Positions 26,309 through 35,138 of a DNA stretch of 37,414 nt are shown here, in pieces. Under the pieces are notes generated by a model. It did no database searches and was not told the origin of the DNA. It saw nothing but the letters and a program-made list of their open reading frames with translations. Origin of the DNA: a virus (Duplodnaviria > Caudoviricetes); the IMG/VR virus record IMGVR_UViG_3300044709_000239, positions 1-37,414 of that record; one strand, 5' to 3'. Every line of letters starts with the position of its first letter. The stretch's first letter is position 1. Position numbers and translations under genes: made by a program.

Positions 26309-26517
26309 GGATGCAATCCTTCAGCACAGCAACCGCACCCAGTGGCATTCTCTGACCATGTAACTTTTGACTCTTTTCTATAGCCAGCAACTGGATAGAA
26401 ATCCATATGACCCACATACATAGTGCCATCAGAATCCAATATCAACACATCCTCTGAATTAGAGCTCTGTGTCTCATCAACCTCTGGTAATCGCTCTTTA
26501 ACACTTATCCATTGCAT
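26266..26517 (-). CDS. DUF551-family protein
   Basis: MQWISVKERLP...THWMPLPKPP. Confidence 0.9.
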   Translation of the reverse strand: MQWISVKERLPEVDETQSSNSEDVLILDSDGTMYVGHMDFYPVAGYRKESKVTWSENATGCGCCAEGLHPTHWMPLPKPPGQE

Positions 26518-26520
26518 ATA

Positions 26521-26712
26521 TTACCTATCCGGGTTCGAAAATTCCATCCAATGGGTTATTTTAGGATATTTTTCTTCACATTCAAAATCAATTGTATCGT
26601 CTTCCCAGATACCATCCACAACACAACATCTAAACGTCTCTTCACTTTTATTTTTACCTATTACAATTAGGAATTGGTCTGGCAATCGATCTGTAACATT
26701 GATCCATTTCAT
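26521..26712 (-). CDS. DUF551-family protein
   Basis: MKWINVTDRLP...ITHWMEFSNP; TGATG coupling. Confidence 0.8.
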   Translation of the reverse strand: MKWINVTDRLPDQFLIVIGKNKSEETFRCCVVDGIWEDDTIDFECEEKYPKITHWMEFSNPDR

Positions 26713-26754
26713 CACTCTTCTCCTGGCGGTTTCGGCAACGGCATCCAATGCGTT
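26710..26754. repeat. 45-bp direct repeat, copy 2
   Basis: Matches 26264-26308. Confidence 0.9.
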
Positions 26755-27038
26755 ATCTCCTCAGATCCTGTTGCCCAAAACAGATCTCCGCATGCACATG
26801 CATTATTTTCATTTTCATTGCATAATGTTTGCCAAAATTCTCCGTCCCATCTAGCTATGCTCATTGGGCTGGGCTCGCATCCTAATTTTTTCGAATATAC
26901 CAATACAAATTGATATACTTCTGGCAATGCAGTGAAAATGCTAATCCATTCCATTTTAACCTCACAATCCATGTGCAATACCTTTCTTAAACGCCTAGCC
27001 AGTCGGTATTCATATTCCATAATTGTGTTGTCTTTCAT
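26712..27038 (-). CDS. DUF551-family protein (internal start at 26954 likely)
   Basis: MEWISIFTALP...ITHWMPLPKPP; GAGG before ATG 26954. Confidence 0.85.
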   Translation of the reverse strand: MKDNTIMEYEYRLARRLRKVLHMDCEVKMEWISIFTALPEVYQFVLVYSKKLGCEPSPMSIARWDGEFWQTLCNENENNACACGDLFWATGSEEITHWMPLPKPPGEE

Positions 27039-27379
27039 GCCTGCCCCTGTGCCTTAGCCTTCCATGCATAAACGCCTCTAAATCCACACCATCCATCTTC
27101 ATATGAAGCCTTCCAATTCGAAATAGCTTGATTGGTGGATTCTCCCCAGTTTTTAGCAATTAAAGAAAATTCGCTTGCACATTCATGGTCATCTCCATCC
27201 TCAAAAACTCTTACTTGATAAATCCCATCTTCATCAGGAATTTTCTTTACTGGAACGGGAACAGGAATACCATGTAATTCTCCATCAGTTTGCTCCCAAC
27301 ATAAATACCATCCATCCCAATCGCATTCACATATCCATGAGTCTCTTTTTTTCACACCACAGCAACAATACATGCCCAT
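27035..27379 (-). CDS. Cys/Trp-rich hypothetical protein
   Basis: GAGG RBS; 114 aa. Confidence 0.7.
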   Translation of the reverse strand: MGMYCCCGVKKRDSWICECDWDGWYLCWEQTDGELHGIPVPVPVKKIPDEDGIYQVRVFEDGDDHECASEFSLIAKNWGESTNQAISNWKASYEDGWCGFRGVYAWKAKAQGQA

Positions 27380-27517
27380 TATTCTGGCCTCTCAGGTAGA
27401 CTTGGGATTTAAAACCAATGCGTTACAGATAGCGTCAATAACGTGGAGGCCATACACGTCCCGCGCTTAGAAATTAAAATACCAATTCGTTAGATATTGG
27501 TAGAAAATTGGTAGCAA

Positions 27518-28819
27518 TCAGTATGCTTGCCATCCCGAGGAGTTAGTGTATCCAGGATAGTTCATAGGGTTCTTATTCCATTTGGCCTGCTCTGATTTCG
27601 CATGTTGCTCTTCTCTATTGGTCTCTTTCAGCGATGTCTTTCCGCCAAAATACGTAAATAGGACATACCGCAGTGCGTCGATGGCATGGTCTCGCTGTTT
27701 TACGGGCTTGTCTATGCCCAATCGTATACATTTATCGTCCCACACATAACCTTCGATCTCTTTTATCAGATTGGTGCAACATTTGCAAATGCGAAGATCG
27801 CCCTGGCTAAATAGGTTGGAGACAAACCTGATTCCATCAAGCACATCATTCTTAGCCTGCTTAACGGGCTTTTTCTGTCTCCTTAGCTCCACTTCAAAGC
27901 TTTGTGCAGCCGGATCAAGATACATCATCCTGACTGGATATCCACCAAACTCCCTCTGGAGATCTTGTGCGAACTCCGCATCGGTTTTCTGGTAGCCCTG
28001 GACCTTAGGATCCCAATAGTATTCTTTTTCTACCCACAGGCTAGGGCGATAGTCATCGTTATAGCCCACAAGTACCGCAGCGAAAGGATTCGTAGTGCCA
28101 TAATCAATGCCTAAGAAAAAGTGCTTGGCATATGAAGGGGGCTCTCGACAAACATGGATCGATTGGTCAAAGAAATCAAACACTGAACCTTCGGCGAGTA
28201 CCCACTCGCCTTCGATAAACCTTTTGAACCAAAGTCCTTGATACTCTTTCTTAAGTGCGGAAACGTAAGAGATATCCAGTGACGGATTATCTTCGAGCGT
28301 AAACTTAAAGGTGCGTATGTCGAGCTCATCGTGACGATCAATGAAATCAGTTTTAAGCCAGTGATATGGACTATCAGGGTTAGTCGTGACAAAGACCTTG
28401 GCACCCTTAACAGATAGTCGGGATAGAAGCATTCTGAAGAAGCTTTCTGGAATGATCGAAGCCTCGTCAACCAGGGCTCCAGAGAAGGTTGAACCACGTA
28501 TCTTTCCTTCAGCCCTTTCGTCGTTCGCACCCACCACGTAGACTTTTTTCCCGAATAGCGTGAATTCACCGAGCCCCCTGTTGTAACGAATTATACCGCC
28601 TGTAAATTGCTGTAGGGGCTCTATAATATTATGCAGAACCGTTCTCTCAGACTTTCCACACATTATATATGCCCCGTCAGGGCCTGTACGCAACTCTTCT
28701 ATAAATCGAAGTAGAGATACAAAAGATTTTCCAGAACGCACCGATCCAGATAAAATATTTATCCGATGGGTGGACTCTTTATAGGCTACGATCTGCTTAG
28801 GGCTTAATTTTACTTTCAT
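27518..28819 (-). CDS. terL: Terminase large subunit (PBSX-type)
   Basis: Walker A GSVRSGKS, Walker B ALVDEA, TTNP, nuclease GIDYG...DHAIDALRY. Confidence 0.95.
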   Translation of the reverse strand: MKVKLSPKQIVAYKESTHRINILSGSVRSGKSFVSLLRFIEELRTGPDGAYIMCGKSERTVLHNIIEPLQQFTGGIIRYNRGLGEFTLFGKKVYVVGANDERAEGKIRGSTFSGALVDEASIIPESFFRMLLSRLSVKGAKVFVTTNPDSPYHWLKTDFIDRHDELDIRTFKFTLEDNPSLDISYVSALKKEYQGLWFKRFIEGEWVLAEGSVFDFFDQSIHVCREPPSYAKHFFLGIDYGTTNPFAAVLVGYNDDYRPSLWVEKEYYWDPKVQGYQKTDAEFAQDLQREFGGYPVRMMYLDPAAQSFEVELRRQKKPVKQAKNDVLDGIRFVSNLFSQGDLRICKCCTNLIKEIEGYVWDDKCIRLGIDKPVKQRDHAIDALRYVLFTYFGGKTSLKETNREEQHAKSEQAKWNKNPMNYPGYTNSSGWQAY

Positions 28820-29244
28820 TAATCTTGGTCATCACCGTCAACATCGTTTGAATCATATAGAGCATCCACTTGGCTATTGATTTCACCCAAAGAATTACGG
28901 AGATTGTTCTCTCCAGCGTTCTTCTCAGATGACACCCAGTTTCGGTCATGTCCTTTCTTGTCTAAAACGTATCTTGCAGCGCTTAGTCCCACTCTAGGAT
29001 GGTCTTCACGCTTCGTCATAGCCCAGAACACCGTATCTTCAGCTAAATCCTTGAGATCTTCGTCAACAGTCTCACGGATCTCTTTCATAGCCTCTTTGAC
29101 TATCGGATTATTTCTGATATATTGATAGAAGCACGATCTATTAATGCCCAGCTTTTCCCAGGCACGTTTTGCGATGCCTCGCGTCTCTTTCAAGACTTCT
29201 ATAACCTCTTTAGGCTTCTTGCTAAACTCAACTCCCTTGGACAT
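28819..29244 (-). CDS. terS: Terminase small subunit (probable)
   Basis: N-terminal HTH (LGINRSCFYQY), helical; TAATG-coupled upstream of terL. Confidence 0.75.
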   Translation of the reverse strand: MSKGVEFSKKPKEVIEVLKETRGIAKRAWEKLGINRSCFYQYIRNNPIVKEAMKEIRETVDEDLKDLAEDTVFWAMTKREDHPRVGLSAARYVLDKKGHDRNWVSSEKNAGENNLRNSLGEINSQVDALYDSNDVDGDDQD

Positions 29245-29258
29245 GATTCCTCTCCTTT

Positions 29259-30485
29259 CTAAACATTGAAAATTTCTCCATTTCTTTTGATTTCACATTC
29301 CCTGCCATTCTCTACCATAAATTTTGCATATCGTTTTACGATGACATCACAATAGGCAGGACTTAGCTCAATTCCAAAACAGCGCCTGTTCAATTTCTCT
29401 GCTGCGATTAGAGTTGTTCCAGATCCTAGGAAGGGATCATATACGCCTTCGCCTTCTGCTGTGTTGTTTCGGATTGGCCGGGCCATGCATTCGAGTGGTT
29501 TTTGGGTGCTATGGCACGTGCGCTCGTCTTCTTCTTGGGATTTACCGAAGCAGTTTAGGTTGCCGATCTCCCACAAGGTTGATTCTTTTCGGCTTCCTTG
29601 CCAGTTGTGCTCTTTTCCTTTTTTGATCGCATACCAGCATGGCTCATGCTGTGAATGATAATCGCCACGAGACAAAGCAAAATGCTGTTTAGCCCAAATA
29701 ATCTGACCTATTATTTGATAATCTGTATTTATTAGACTGCTGACAGTTTCAAATGCGAACTTATCACTACTCCAAACATAGGTGACATTACCTGGGAATA
29801 ATGCCCACGCCTTAGTCCAATCGCTCTTGTCATCGTTTTGCACTTTACCCGCAGCCTTTTGCCCCTTACCAGCTTCGCCTCTCCAATTAGCATTATATGC
29901 AACTCCATAGGGAGGATCGGTCACCATAATTATAGGAGACTCCCCATTAAGCAAACGATCCACACAACTGCTATCAGTAGAATCGCCACAAGCAAGTCGA
30001 TGCTGTCCCAGCTCATAAACATCCCCCATTTTAGTGATCGCGTCCTCGTCTTTCCCTAAATCATTGGTCTGCGCATCATCATCACCACCAATAGCATCGT
30101 CGCCGAGTTCTATGCCTAGTTCATCAGGCGTGAAACCCCAGTCTAGAAGCTCATCAACATTCCACTCGTTGGCCAAACATTCCCAGTCCCAATCACCGGT
30201 ATTTTTGTTAAGTCTTATGTTTAACTCGTCGATTTGGCTTTCATCTAGCTGAACATTCGGCACCCAACACTCAATCTCTTTGTATCCTAATTCTTTTAAT
30301 ACCTTTAGACGCTGGTGTCCACCCACGATCATCCCGTCTATAGTGCAGATCGGTTTCTCAGCAACGCCGAATCTTGTTAAGGATTCTTTTAATTTTTCGT
30401 GCTGAGCTTTGGTGAGTATCCTAGGGTTTTTAGGATGTTCCTTGAGGTCTTTGATTTTCAATGTTTTCAGTTGCCACTCGATCAT
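29259..30485 (-). CDS. ParB-N domain / N4-N6 DNA methyltransferase fusion
   Basis: NPR...GGHQRL (ParB-like); TDPPY, HSTQKP, DPFLGSGTT (beta-class MTase). Confidence 0.92.
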   Translation of the reverse strand: MIEWQLKTLKIKDLKEHPKNPRILTKAQHEKLKESLTRFGVAEKPICTIDGMIVGGHQRLKVLKELGYKEIECWVPNVQLDESQIDELNIRLNKNTGDWDWECLANEWNVDELLDWGFTPDELGIELGDDAIGGDDDAQTNDLGKDEDAITKMGDVYELGQHRLACGDSTDSSCVDRLLNGESPIIMVTDPPYGVAYNANWRGEAGKGQKAAGKVQNDDKSDWTKAWALFPGNVTYVWSSDKFAFETVSSLINTDYQIIGQIIWAKQHFALSRGDYHSQHEPCWYAIKKGKEHNWQGSRKESTLWEIGNLNCFGKSQEEDERTCHSTQKPLECMARPIRNNTAEGEGVYDPFLGSGTTLIAAEKLNRRCFGIELSPAYCDVIVKRYAKFMVENGRECEIKRNGEIFNV

Positions 30486-30808
30486 TTTTTCGTAACCTTT
30501 TTTATCTTTTCATCTGCCCGCTGCCATATTTTTTCTCGTACTTTTGCAAAAACATTATCAATCTGCGCTTCCCTGCCGCTGTCCGCCGGGCTCTCTGGAA
30601 TAACATATTTTTTTTGTGACATCTTATATTTCTTATCATACTCTGCACGCCACTCCTTATATTTCTTGGTGCCACGCTTACGGGCTGCATTACGGCGTAA
30701 AACTATGTACGAACATTTATAGCTGCAATATTGGTGATTAGATGCTGTAGGCTCGAAGATCTTACCGCATTCCCAACACATTTTTGGCAGATATACGTTC
30801 TTGCTCAA
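30482..30808 (-). CDS. Basic Zn-finger protein
   Basis: CWECGK.F...YCS.KC. Confidence 0.7.
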   Translation of the reverse strand: MSKNVYLPKMCWECGKIFEPTASNHQYCSYKCSYIVLRRNAARKRGTKKYKEWRAEYDKKYKMSQKKYVIPESPADSGREAQIDNVFAKVREKIWQRADEKIKKVTKK

Positions 30809-31203
30809 GTTTCCTCCACACCACTGGCCAGCAGGTATCCAAATAAAGAATAGTTGTCCGTAAAATCTTGCCCTTTAGCAATAAATTCGTCCGCTTCTTC
30901 CGTGGTGATTGATGAATACGGAACAGAATTGCATAAGCTATTAATGATCTCAGCATTCCGTTGCATAAACACTGAGAATAGAAACAACTTCCTAGCGATG
31001 GTGATGTAGGATATATTCACTCGCTCGTATAGTTGCGCAGATTTGAGATCTTCTGTTGCAAAGGCCAAAAGGTCTTCAGAAAACTTGAGAGTGGCTTTGA
31101 ATTCTTCTTCAAATTTCTTTAATTCGTCTAAGTCTGTGAAGTTGTCATATAATTTTACTAGGTCGTCATTCCGAACCAGTACGAAGTTTTTCTCAGTTAT
31201 CAT
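30805..31203 (-). CDS. Hypothetical protein
   Basis: 132-aa coupled ORF. Confidence 0.7.
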   Translation of the reverse strand: MITEKNFVLVRNDDLVKLYDNFTDLDELKKFEEEFKATLKFSEDLLAFATEDLKSAQLYERVNISYITIARKLFLFSVFMQRNAEIINSLCNSVPYSSITTEEADEFIAKGQDFTDNYSLFGYLLASGVEET

Positions 31204-31245
31204 AGTAGGTTGCCTGTTGGGGTTAGCGGTTATTGATAAACATTT

Positions 31246-31554
31246 TCACACATCATTACTTTTTTGTTTCCCATGTTTATTTTTTATTTCTCCCTTGGGA
31301 TTTTTGTAAGTGGCGGAGGCTCCGATCTGAGCAGATTTTTTACCAGTATCTTTTACGTTCGTATTTTTTGTTGCTTTACCAGCTTTTGTAGTAGGTTTTT
31401 TTTCGACATTCCGTTCGTATACTTTATCAAAATATACATCATTTTTTGATCTAGAATCTTCCACCTTCCGAGAAAGGCTATAAAGCGCTGCCTGATGCCT
31501 TTCTTTTTCTTGTGAATCAGTCAACTTTTTTTTGCTAGCTTCACTTTTTGCCAT
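31246..31554 (-). CDS. Lys-rich basic protein
   Basis: AGGAG RBS; low-complexity and basic. Confidence 0.7.
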   Translation of the reverse strand: MAKSEASKKKLTDSQEKERHQAALYSLSRKVEDSRSKNDVYFDKVYERNVEKKPTTKAGKATKNTNVKDTGKKSAQIGASATYKNPKGEIKNKHGKQKSNDV

Positions 31555-31711
31555 ATAAACTCCTTAAGTTATCTTTTTTTTGTTTTTCTTTCATCATCTT
31601 TGCGCCATAATCGCAGATCTTATCTCTTTTCTGGTCCTGCTTGAGCAAATTATTTTCTTGAGCGAGCAGAGTTTTTGTGCCTTTCTGAATCTTTTTGATC
31701 TGCTTATCCAT
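31541..31711 (-). CDS. Small Lys-rich protein
   Basis: GAGGAG RBS before ATG 31711 (MDKQIKK...). Confidence 0.65.
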   Translation of the reverse strand: MDKQIKKIQKGTKTLLAQENNLLKQDQKRDKICDYGAKMMKEKQKKDNLRSLYGKK

Positions 31712-31725
31712 GATCTCCTCACGAG

Positions 31726-31932
31726 TTATAGCACAACAGGTGCGTCTTTGTTTTTGAAATATGTGAAGCCCTGTGCCCTCACTTCGTCTTGTAGCTCCCG
31801 ATATCTGGCTCTGCACTCGGGGCTACATCTTTTGGCATATCTATGGAAAAATTCCTTGCCACAGATCGTGCAATCTCGACGCTCGGCATAGTCAATTTTA
31901 GGTATAATATCTTTCTGTCGCTGTCTTCCCAT
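31726..31932 (-). CDS. Small Zn-finger protein
   Basis: CTICGKEF...RCSPEC. Confidence 0.65.
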   Translation of the reverse strand: MGRQRQKDIIPKIDYAERRDCTICGKEFFHRYAKRCSPECRARYRELQDEVRAQGFTYFKNKDAPVVL

Positions 31933-32028
31933 AGTTCACCGTCGTCTGATAATAGTAACGAATTAAAACTTTATAAACTAATGTCTATCGCAATATGTCA
32001 AATAGTATTTTAAATCCAAAGCTGCGGT

Positions 32029-32550
32029 TTACTCAAACAGATTCAGTTGCTCATAACCGTATGTAATGCCATAGTCAACGCAAGCTTCAACACAATCTAT
32101 CTCTGTAACATTCTGTGCGGTTATTATCATCGTTGTTCCAGGCTTGAGGCCATATCTTTTCACAGCAGTTATCTCAGAAACGAACCGATCATCCTGCCAA
32201 ATAACGCCTGTAGCGCAGTCTAAGTAAAATTTTATTAGGTTGTCAATATCTGGTTTACACGCATGAAAGGCGTTGACGCTGATGAGCGCCTTTTTTTTGG
32301 ACCATGACTTTGGCATCTCAAACCAGAAAAAAACTATCACTTTATAGGACTTTGCACCTGAAAGTGATAAGGCTTCCATTGCGGATGCCTTATCTTGGCT
32401 GTTTAAAGCGCTGCCAAGCCTCTTTTTCATAAGAGCCTGTATGATCCGCTTGTCTGATGCATTTGGATTGAATACAACGGGCCTATTGCCTTTCATCGAA
32501 AACCTAGGTCTTTTCTGCGGAATCGGTGGCCCTGGGATATCAAATCTCAC
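32029..32550 (-). CDS. rusA: RusA-family Holliday junction resolvase
   Basis: IPG.P.P..RPRF, KPDIDNL.K..LD, W.DD..V...K.Y. Confidence 0.92.
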   Translation of the reverse strand: MRFDIPGPPIPQKRPRFSMKGNRPVVFNPNASDKRIIQALMKKRLGSALNSQDKASAMEALSLSGAKSYKVIVFFWFEMPKSWSKKKALISVNAFHACKPDIDNLIKFYLDCATGVIWQDDRFVSEITAVKRYGLKPGTTMIITAQNVTEIDCVEACVDYGITYGYEQLNLFE

Positions 32551-32825
32551 TTGTTCTCCGATCTGGTATACTCATCAAAAAACTTTATGATAATCTTCAT
32601 GTGATCGTGGATATATTCTCCGTACGGGATGATATGAAGTTGCCCATGTCTGTTGTTCCATCGGCGTTCTCTTTCGAATCTCATCCACCGGTGCGAATTG
32701 GATTCGCCAAATGCCCAAAGCTCGAATTTCTCCAGCTCGTAGACCGGTTTGATATCCACATCGTCGTCATCAGGCAATAGCACAATCCACTTGAACCATC
32801 TTTTCATCGATTCCATAATTTTCAT
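32547..32825 (-). CDS. Hypothetical protein
   Basis: GAGGAG RBS; coupled to rusA. Confidence 0.65.
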   Translation of the reverse strand: MKIMESMKRWFKWIVLLPDDDDVDIKPVYELEKFELWAFGESNSHRWMRFERERRWNNRHGQLHIIPYGEYIHDHMKIIIKFFDEYTRSENK

Positions 32826-32827
32826 GT

Positions 32828-33373
32828 CTAAACTCCTCGCAGATCAGGGCCATCGAAATGCAGCCATTTTGAATCTTTCAACCTTGAATAAATTCTGGGG
32901 CCAAACTTGGTCTCGATCTCTTTTGGAGACAGATTGGTGGTGATGATCGTCGGTTTCATGTCTTCCCACCGTTTATCTATCAAATCGTAGTAATCTCGTT
33001 CGGTTCGCTCTCCTGATCGTTCTATACCTAAGTCATCCAAAAATAAAATATCAGATTCGGCAAATTTAGCGATGCAGAAACTCGTATCGCTGTAGTTGTT
33101 GAAATCTGCGACCATCTGGTCGTCAAGGTTTTTTGATTTTATCCATCGTATGCAACCTATACCGTATTTTTGGATTGCTTGGCGCACCAGCAAAAACATA
33201 ACGGTGCTCTTTCCCCTGCCTGCTTGTCCATGAAGAACTAGGCTGATGGGATTTTGTCGCCAGGCCATTATAGCCGAAATAATTTCGTCCGATTGGTCTT
33301 TGCATTTATCGATGCTGACATCCGAAAATCGAGGTCCAATTTTGGCCAGCTCGCAAAAAACTTTCCAGCTCAT
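32828..33373 (-). CDS. DnaC/IstB-like AAA+ helicase loader
   Basis: GQAGRGKS, LFLDDLG, PTIITTNL, RIYSRL, GPDLR. Confidence 0.92.
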   Translation of the reverse strand: MSWKVFCELAKIGPRFSDVSIDKCKDQSDEIISAIMAWRQNPISLVLHGQAGRGKSTVMFLLVRQAIQKYGIGCIRWIKSKNLDDQMVADFNNYSDTSFCIAKFAESDILFLDDLGIERSGERTERDYYDLIDKRWEDMKPTIITTNLSPKEIETKFGPRIYSRLKDSKWLHFDGPDLRGV

Positions 33374-34278
33374 GATTTGAAACGCAGTTCTTCCATGATT
33401 GCAGCCCTCTGGTCGGCAGATAATTCACTGGGGGCTATGGGTGTAGGGACCCAGTCGTCTTTCGAGGTCTGGAAGGCTAGTTTTGAGTTTTTGCGATGAT
33501 AAGCTACGTCGCTCTCTGGGCCAGCCTTTTCTTTTCTCATCCGATACCATGAAAGGATGGTGGCGTAGTGTGATTTGTATTTCCTCATGAATTGCGCAAC
33601 GCCTTTCTTTTCAGCTTCGAGGTCTATGGTCTCGACCCAAGAGTCGAAGCCTGCTTGGCCGAACTTTTCCTTCAGCTTTCTTTGCTCCTCGGCCGTCAAG
33701 TGGCAATTGCCGTGCTCTCCTAGAGAATCTTTTGCATCTTCCGGGGTTTCTTTTCTTGCCGATGCTGGTGGCGTAGCCTTTTCGTTTGCAGATGAAGAAG
33801 AAGAACGAACCCGCTCCCGTGCCGCGATAGCGGCTTCCCCTTTGGGGGGTAGGGGGTATTTCTTATCTTTATTCTTCTCTTTATTCTCTATATATGAGGG
33901 GAGTGCGCTTTTATGCTCACCTGGTGTGCGCTTTTCCGCACTACTGCTGTGCGCTTTTCCGCACTGCTGCTGTGCACCTTCATATTCGACATTTGGAACA
34001 ATTGCCCTGCGAACTGTCCGTCTACCATCGAAGCTAATAGTTTCCATCAAACCAACAGCTTTCAGATCAGAAAAAAGCTCATACAGCCGTCTACGCTTGA
34101 GTTGCATAAATTCGCAAAGGTATTCTTCACTGGCATAGCATCCTCCGACGTTCGGATCATGTAAAGATCTAATTTCAGCCCACAGTGCCTTGGCTTGCAT
34201 GGAAATATCTCTTCGAAGCCAGATTTCTGCAGGTATCGTAATATGAGTGAAATGTCTTATGAGTGTTTCAGAGGTCAT
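33370..34278 (-). CDS. Replication initiator (lambda O-like, N-terminal winged helix)
   Basis: AKALW..I.SL....GGCYAS..YL; internal iterons; upstream of a DnaC-like gene. Confidence 0.85.
   Translation of the reverse strand: MTSETLIRHFTHITIPAEIWLRRDISMQAKALWAEIRSLHDPNVGGCYASEEYLCEFMQLKRRRLYELFSDLKAVGLMETISFDGRRTVRRAIVPNVEYEGAQQQCGKAHSSSAEKRTPGEHKSALPSYIENKEKNKDKKYPLPPKGEAAIAARERVRSSSSSANEKATPPASARKETPEDAKDSLGEHGNCHLTAEEQRKLKEKFGQAGFDSWVETIDLEAEKKGVAQFMRKYKSHYATILSWYRMRKEKAGPESDVAYHRKNSKLAFQTSKDDWVPTPIAPSELSADQRAAIMEELRFKS
33902..33977. repeat. 23-bp-period iterons; probable replication origin
   Basis: GTGCGCTTTT at 33903, 33926 and 33949 and partial GTGCAC at 33972, next to an AT-rich tract at about 33857-33896. 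Confidence 0.8.
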
Positions 34279-34379
34279 TCAACCCCTCCTTTGTAAGTGG
34301 GATTGAAGATTTGGATGTAGTTTTGTGTGGGGTACGATCTTGCGATATTATTGGCAGGCATGTTATTATGATATCGCAT
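34275..34379 (-). CDS. 34-aa leader ORF translationally coupled to the initiator
   Basis: MRYHNNMPANNIARSYPTQNYIQIFNPTYKGGVE; its TGA overlaps the initiator ATG (ATGA). Confidence 0.45.
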   Translation of the reverse strand: MRYHNNMPANNIARSYPTQNYIQIFNPTYKGGVE

Positions 34380-34429
34380 TTCTAAACCTTTTGGTTATGC
34401 GTTAACATTCGTGAGAGATTGTTATTCTT

Positions 34430-34463
34430 AAGAGGGCAGGCTGCGGGTCTGTCCTCTTTTTTT
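34430..34463 (+). terminator. Intrinsic terminator antisense to the cro-rep transcript
   Basis: AGAGGGCAGGC / GTCTGTCCTCT plus T-run; two G-U pairs form only on the + strand. Confidence 0.7.
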
Positions 34464-34494
34464 ATCTTGTGTCAAGATATTCTGTAAAATATTT

Positions 34495-34710
34495 TTAAGC
34501 AATATTTCTCGTAAAAACTGTGTCTTCTTTGACGACTCCCTTCGTAGCTCTCTGGAGAGCTCGGGCCAACTTTCTAGTCATAGGAAATCTTCCGGTCATA
34601 ACGCCTTGTATGTGGTTTGGGCTATAATCTACCATACCCGCGATCATAGCGTATGACATACGGTTGTTATACATATATTCTTTTAATGTTAATGTCTCAT
34701 GATTTTCCAT
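34495..34710 (-). CDS. Cro-like HTH regulator
   Basis: LKEYM......A...D.S..HI..V..GR.....LA..L..AT.G.V; GGAGGA RBS before ATG 34710. Confidence 0.8.
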   Translation of the reverse strand: MENHETLTLKEYMYNNRMSYAMIAGMVDYSPNHIQGVMTGRFPMTRKLARALQRATKGVVKEDTVFTRNIA

Positions 34711-34732
34711 AATATCCTCCTGGTTTTCTGCC

Positions 34733-34761
34733 ATCATACATGAACATTGTTTATTTATCAA
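34733..34761 (-). promoter_or_regulatory. Leftward early promoter
   Basis: Minus strand TTGATA-17 bp-TATGAT. Confidence 0.7.
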
Positions 34762-34785
34762 CTTCAATAATTGCTATCTTTCCTG

Positions 34786-34814
34786 TTGCATAAATAATGC
34801 CCATGTGCTATATT
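34786..34814 (+). promoter_or_regulatory. Rightward early promoter
   Basis: TTGCAT-17 bp-TATATT with extended -10 TG. Confidence 0.7.
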
Positions 34815-34925
34815 TATGGTATCGAGCAGGCCAGTCTCCCTGATCACCGAGCCCCGAGCCCGGCAGGTTGTAGCGGCAAGCGAAATAGAATAACCAAAAT
34901 AGCGCCTCATGTGGGCCAGGAGAAT

Positions 34926-35093
34926 ATGATGAAAAAAGTTACATACCATGACATGATCAACAACTACAATCTATGGTTAGAATATGTCTGCGGAAATTGG
35001 GCAGACAGGACAGAGGAGGAGTTCGAAAACTCATCATACGATGAGCTACTAGAATGTTTGATTGCAGCATTTGGAGAGGAGAATAATGACTAG
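34926..35093 (+). CDS. Small acidic hypothetical protein
   Basis: AGGAG RBS before ATG 34926. Confidence 0.65.
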   Translation: MMKKVTYHDMINNYNLWLEYVCGNWADRTEEEFENSSYDELLECLIAAFGEENND

Positions 35094-35138
35094 GATGAAA
35101 CCGAATGAAAATCTTATAAAAATGGTAGGGCAAATAAA

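Noticed and set aside
26264-26754. Diversity-generating retroelement TR/VR pair
   Set aside because: The repeat is only 45 bp, there is no reverse transcriptase, and it is explained by paralogous DUF551 ends
27380-27517. Possible structured RNA after terL (GGCCTC...GAGGCC and TACCAAT...ATTGGTA inverted repeats)
   Set aside because: Short stems only, with no second copy or recognisable motif
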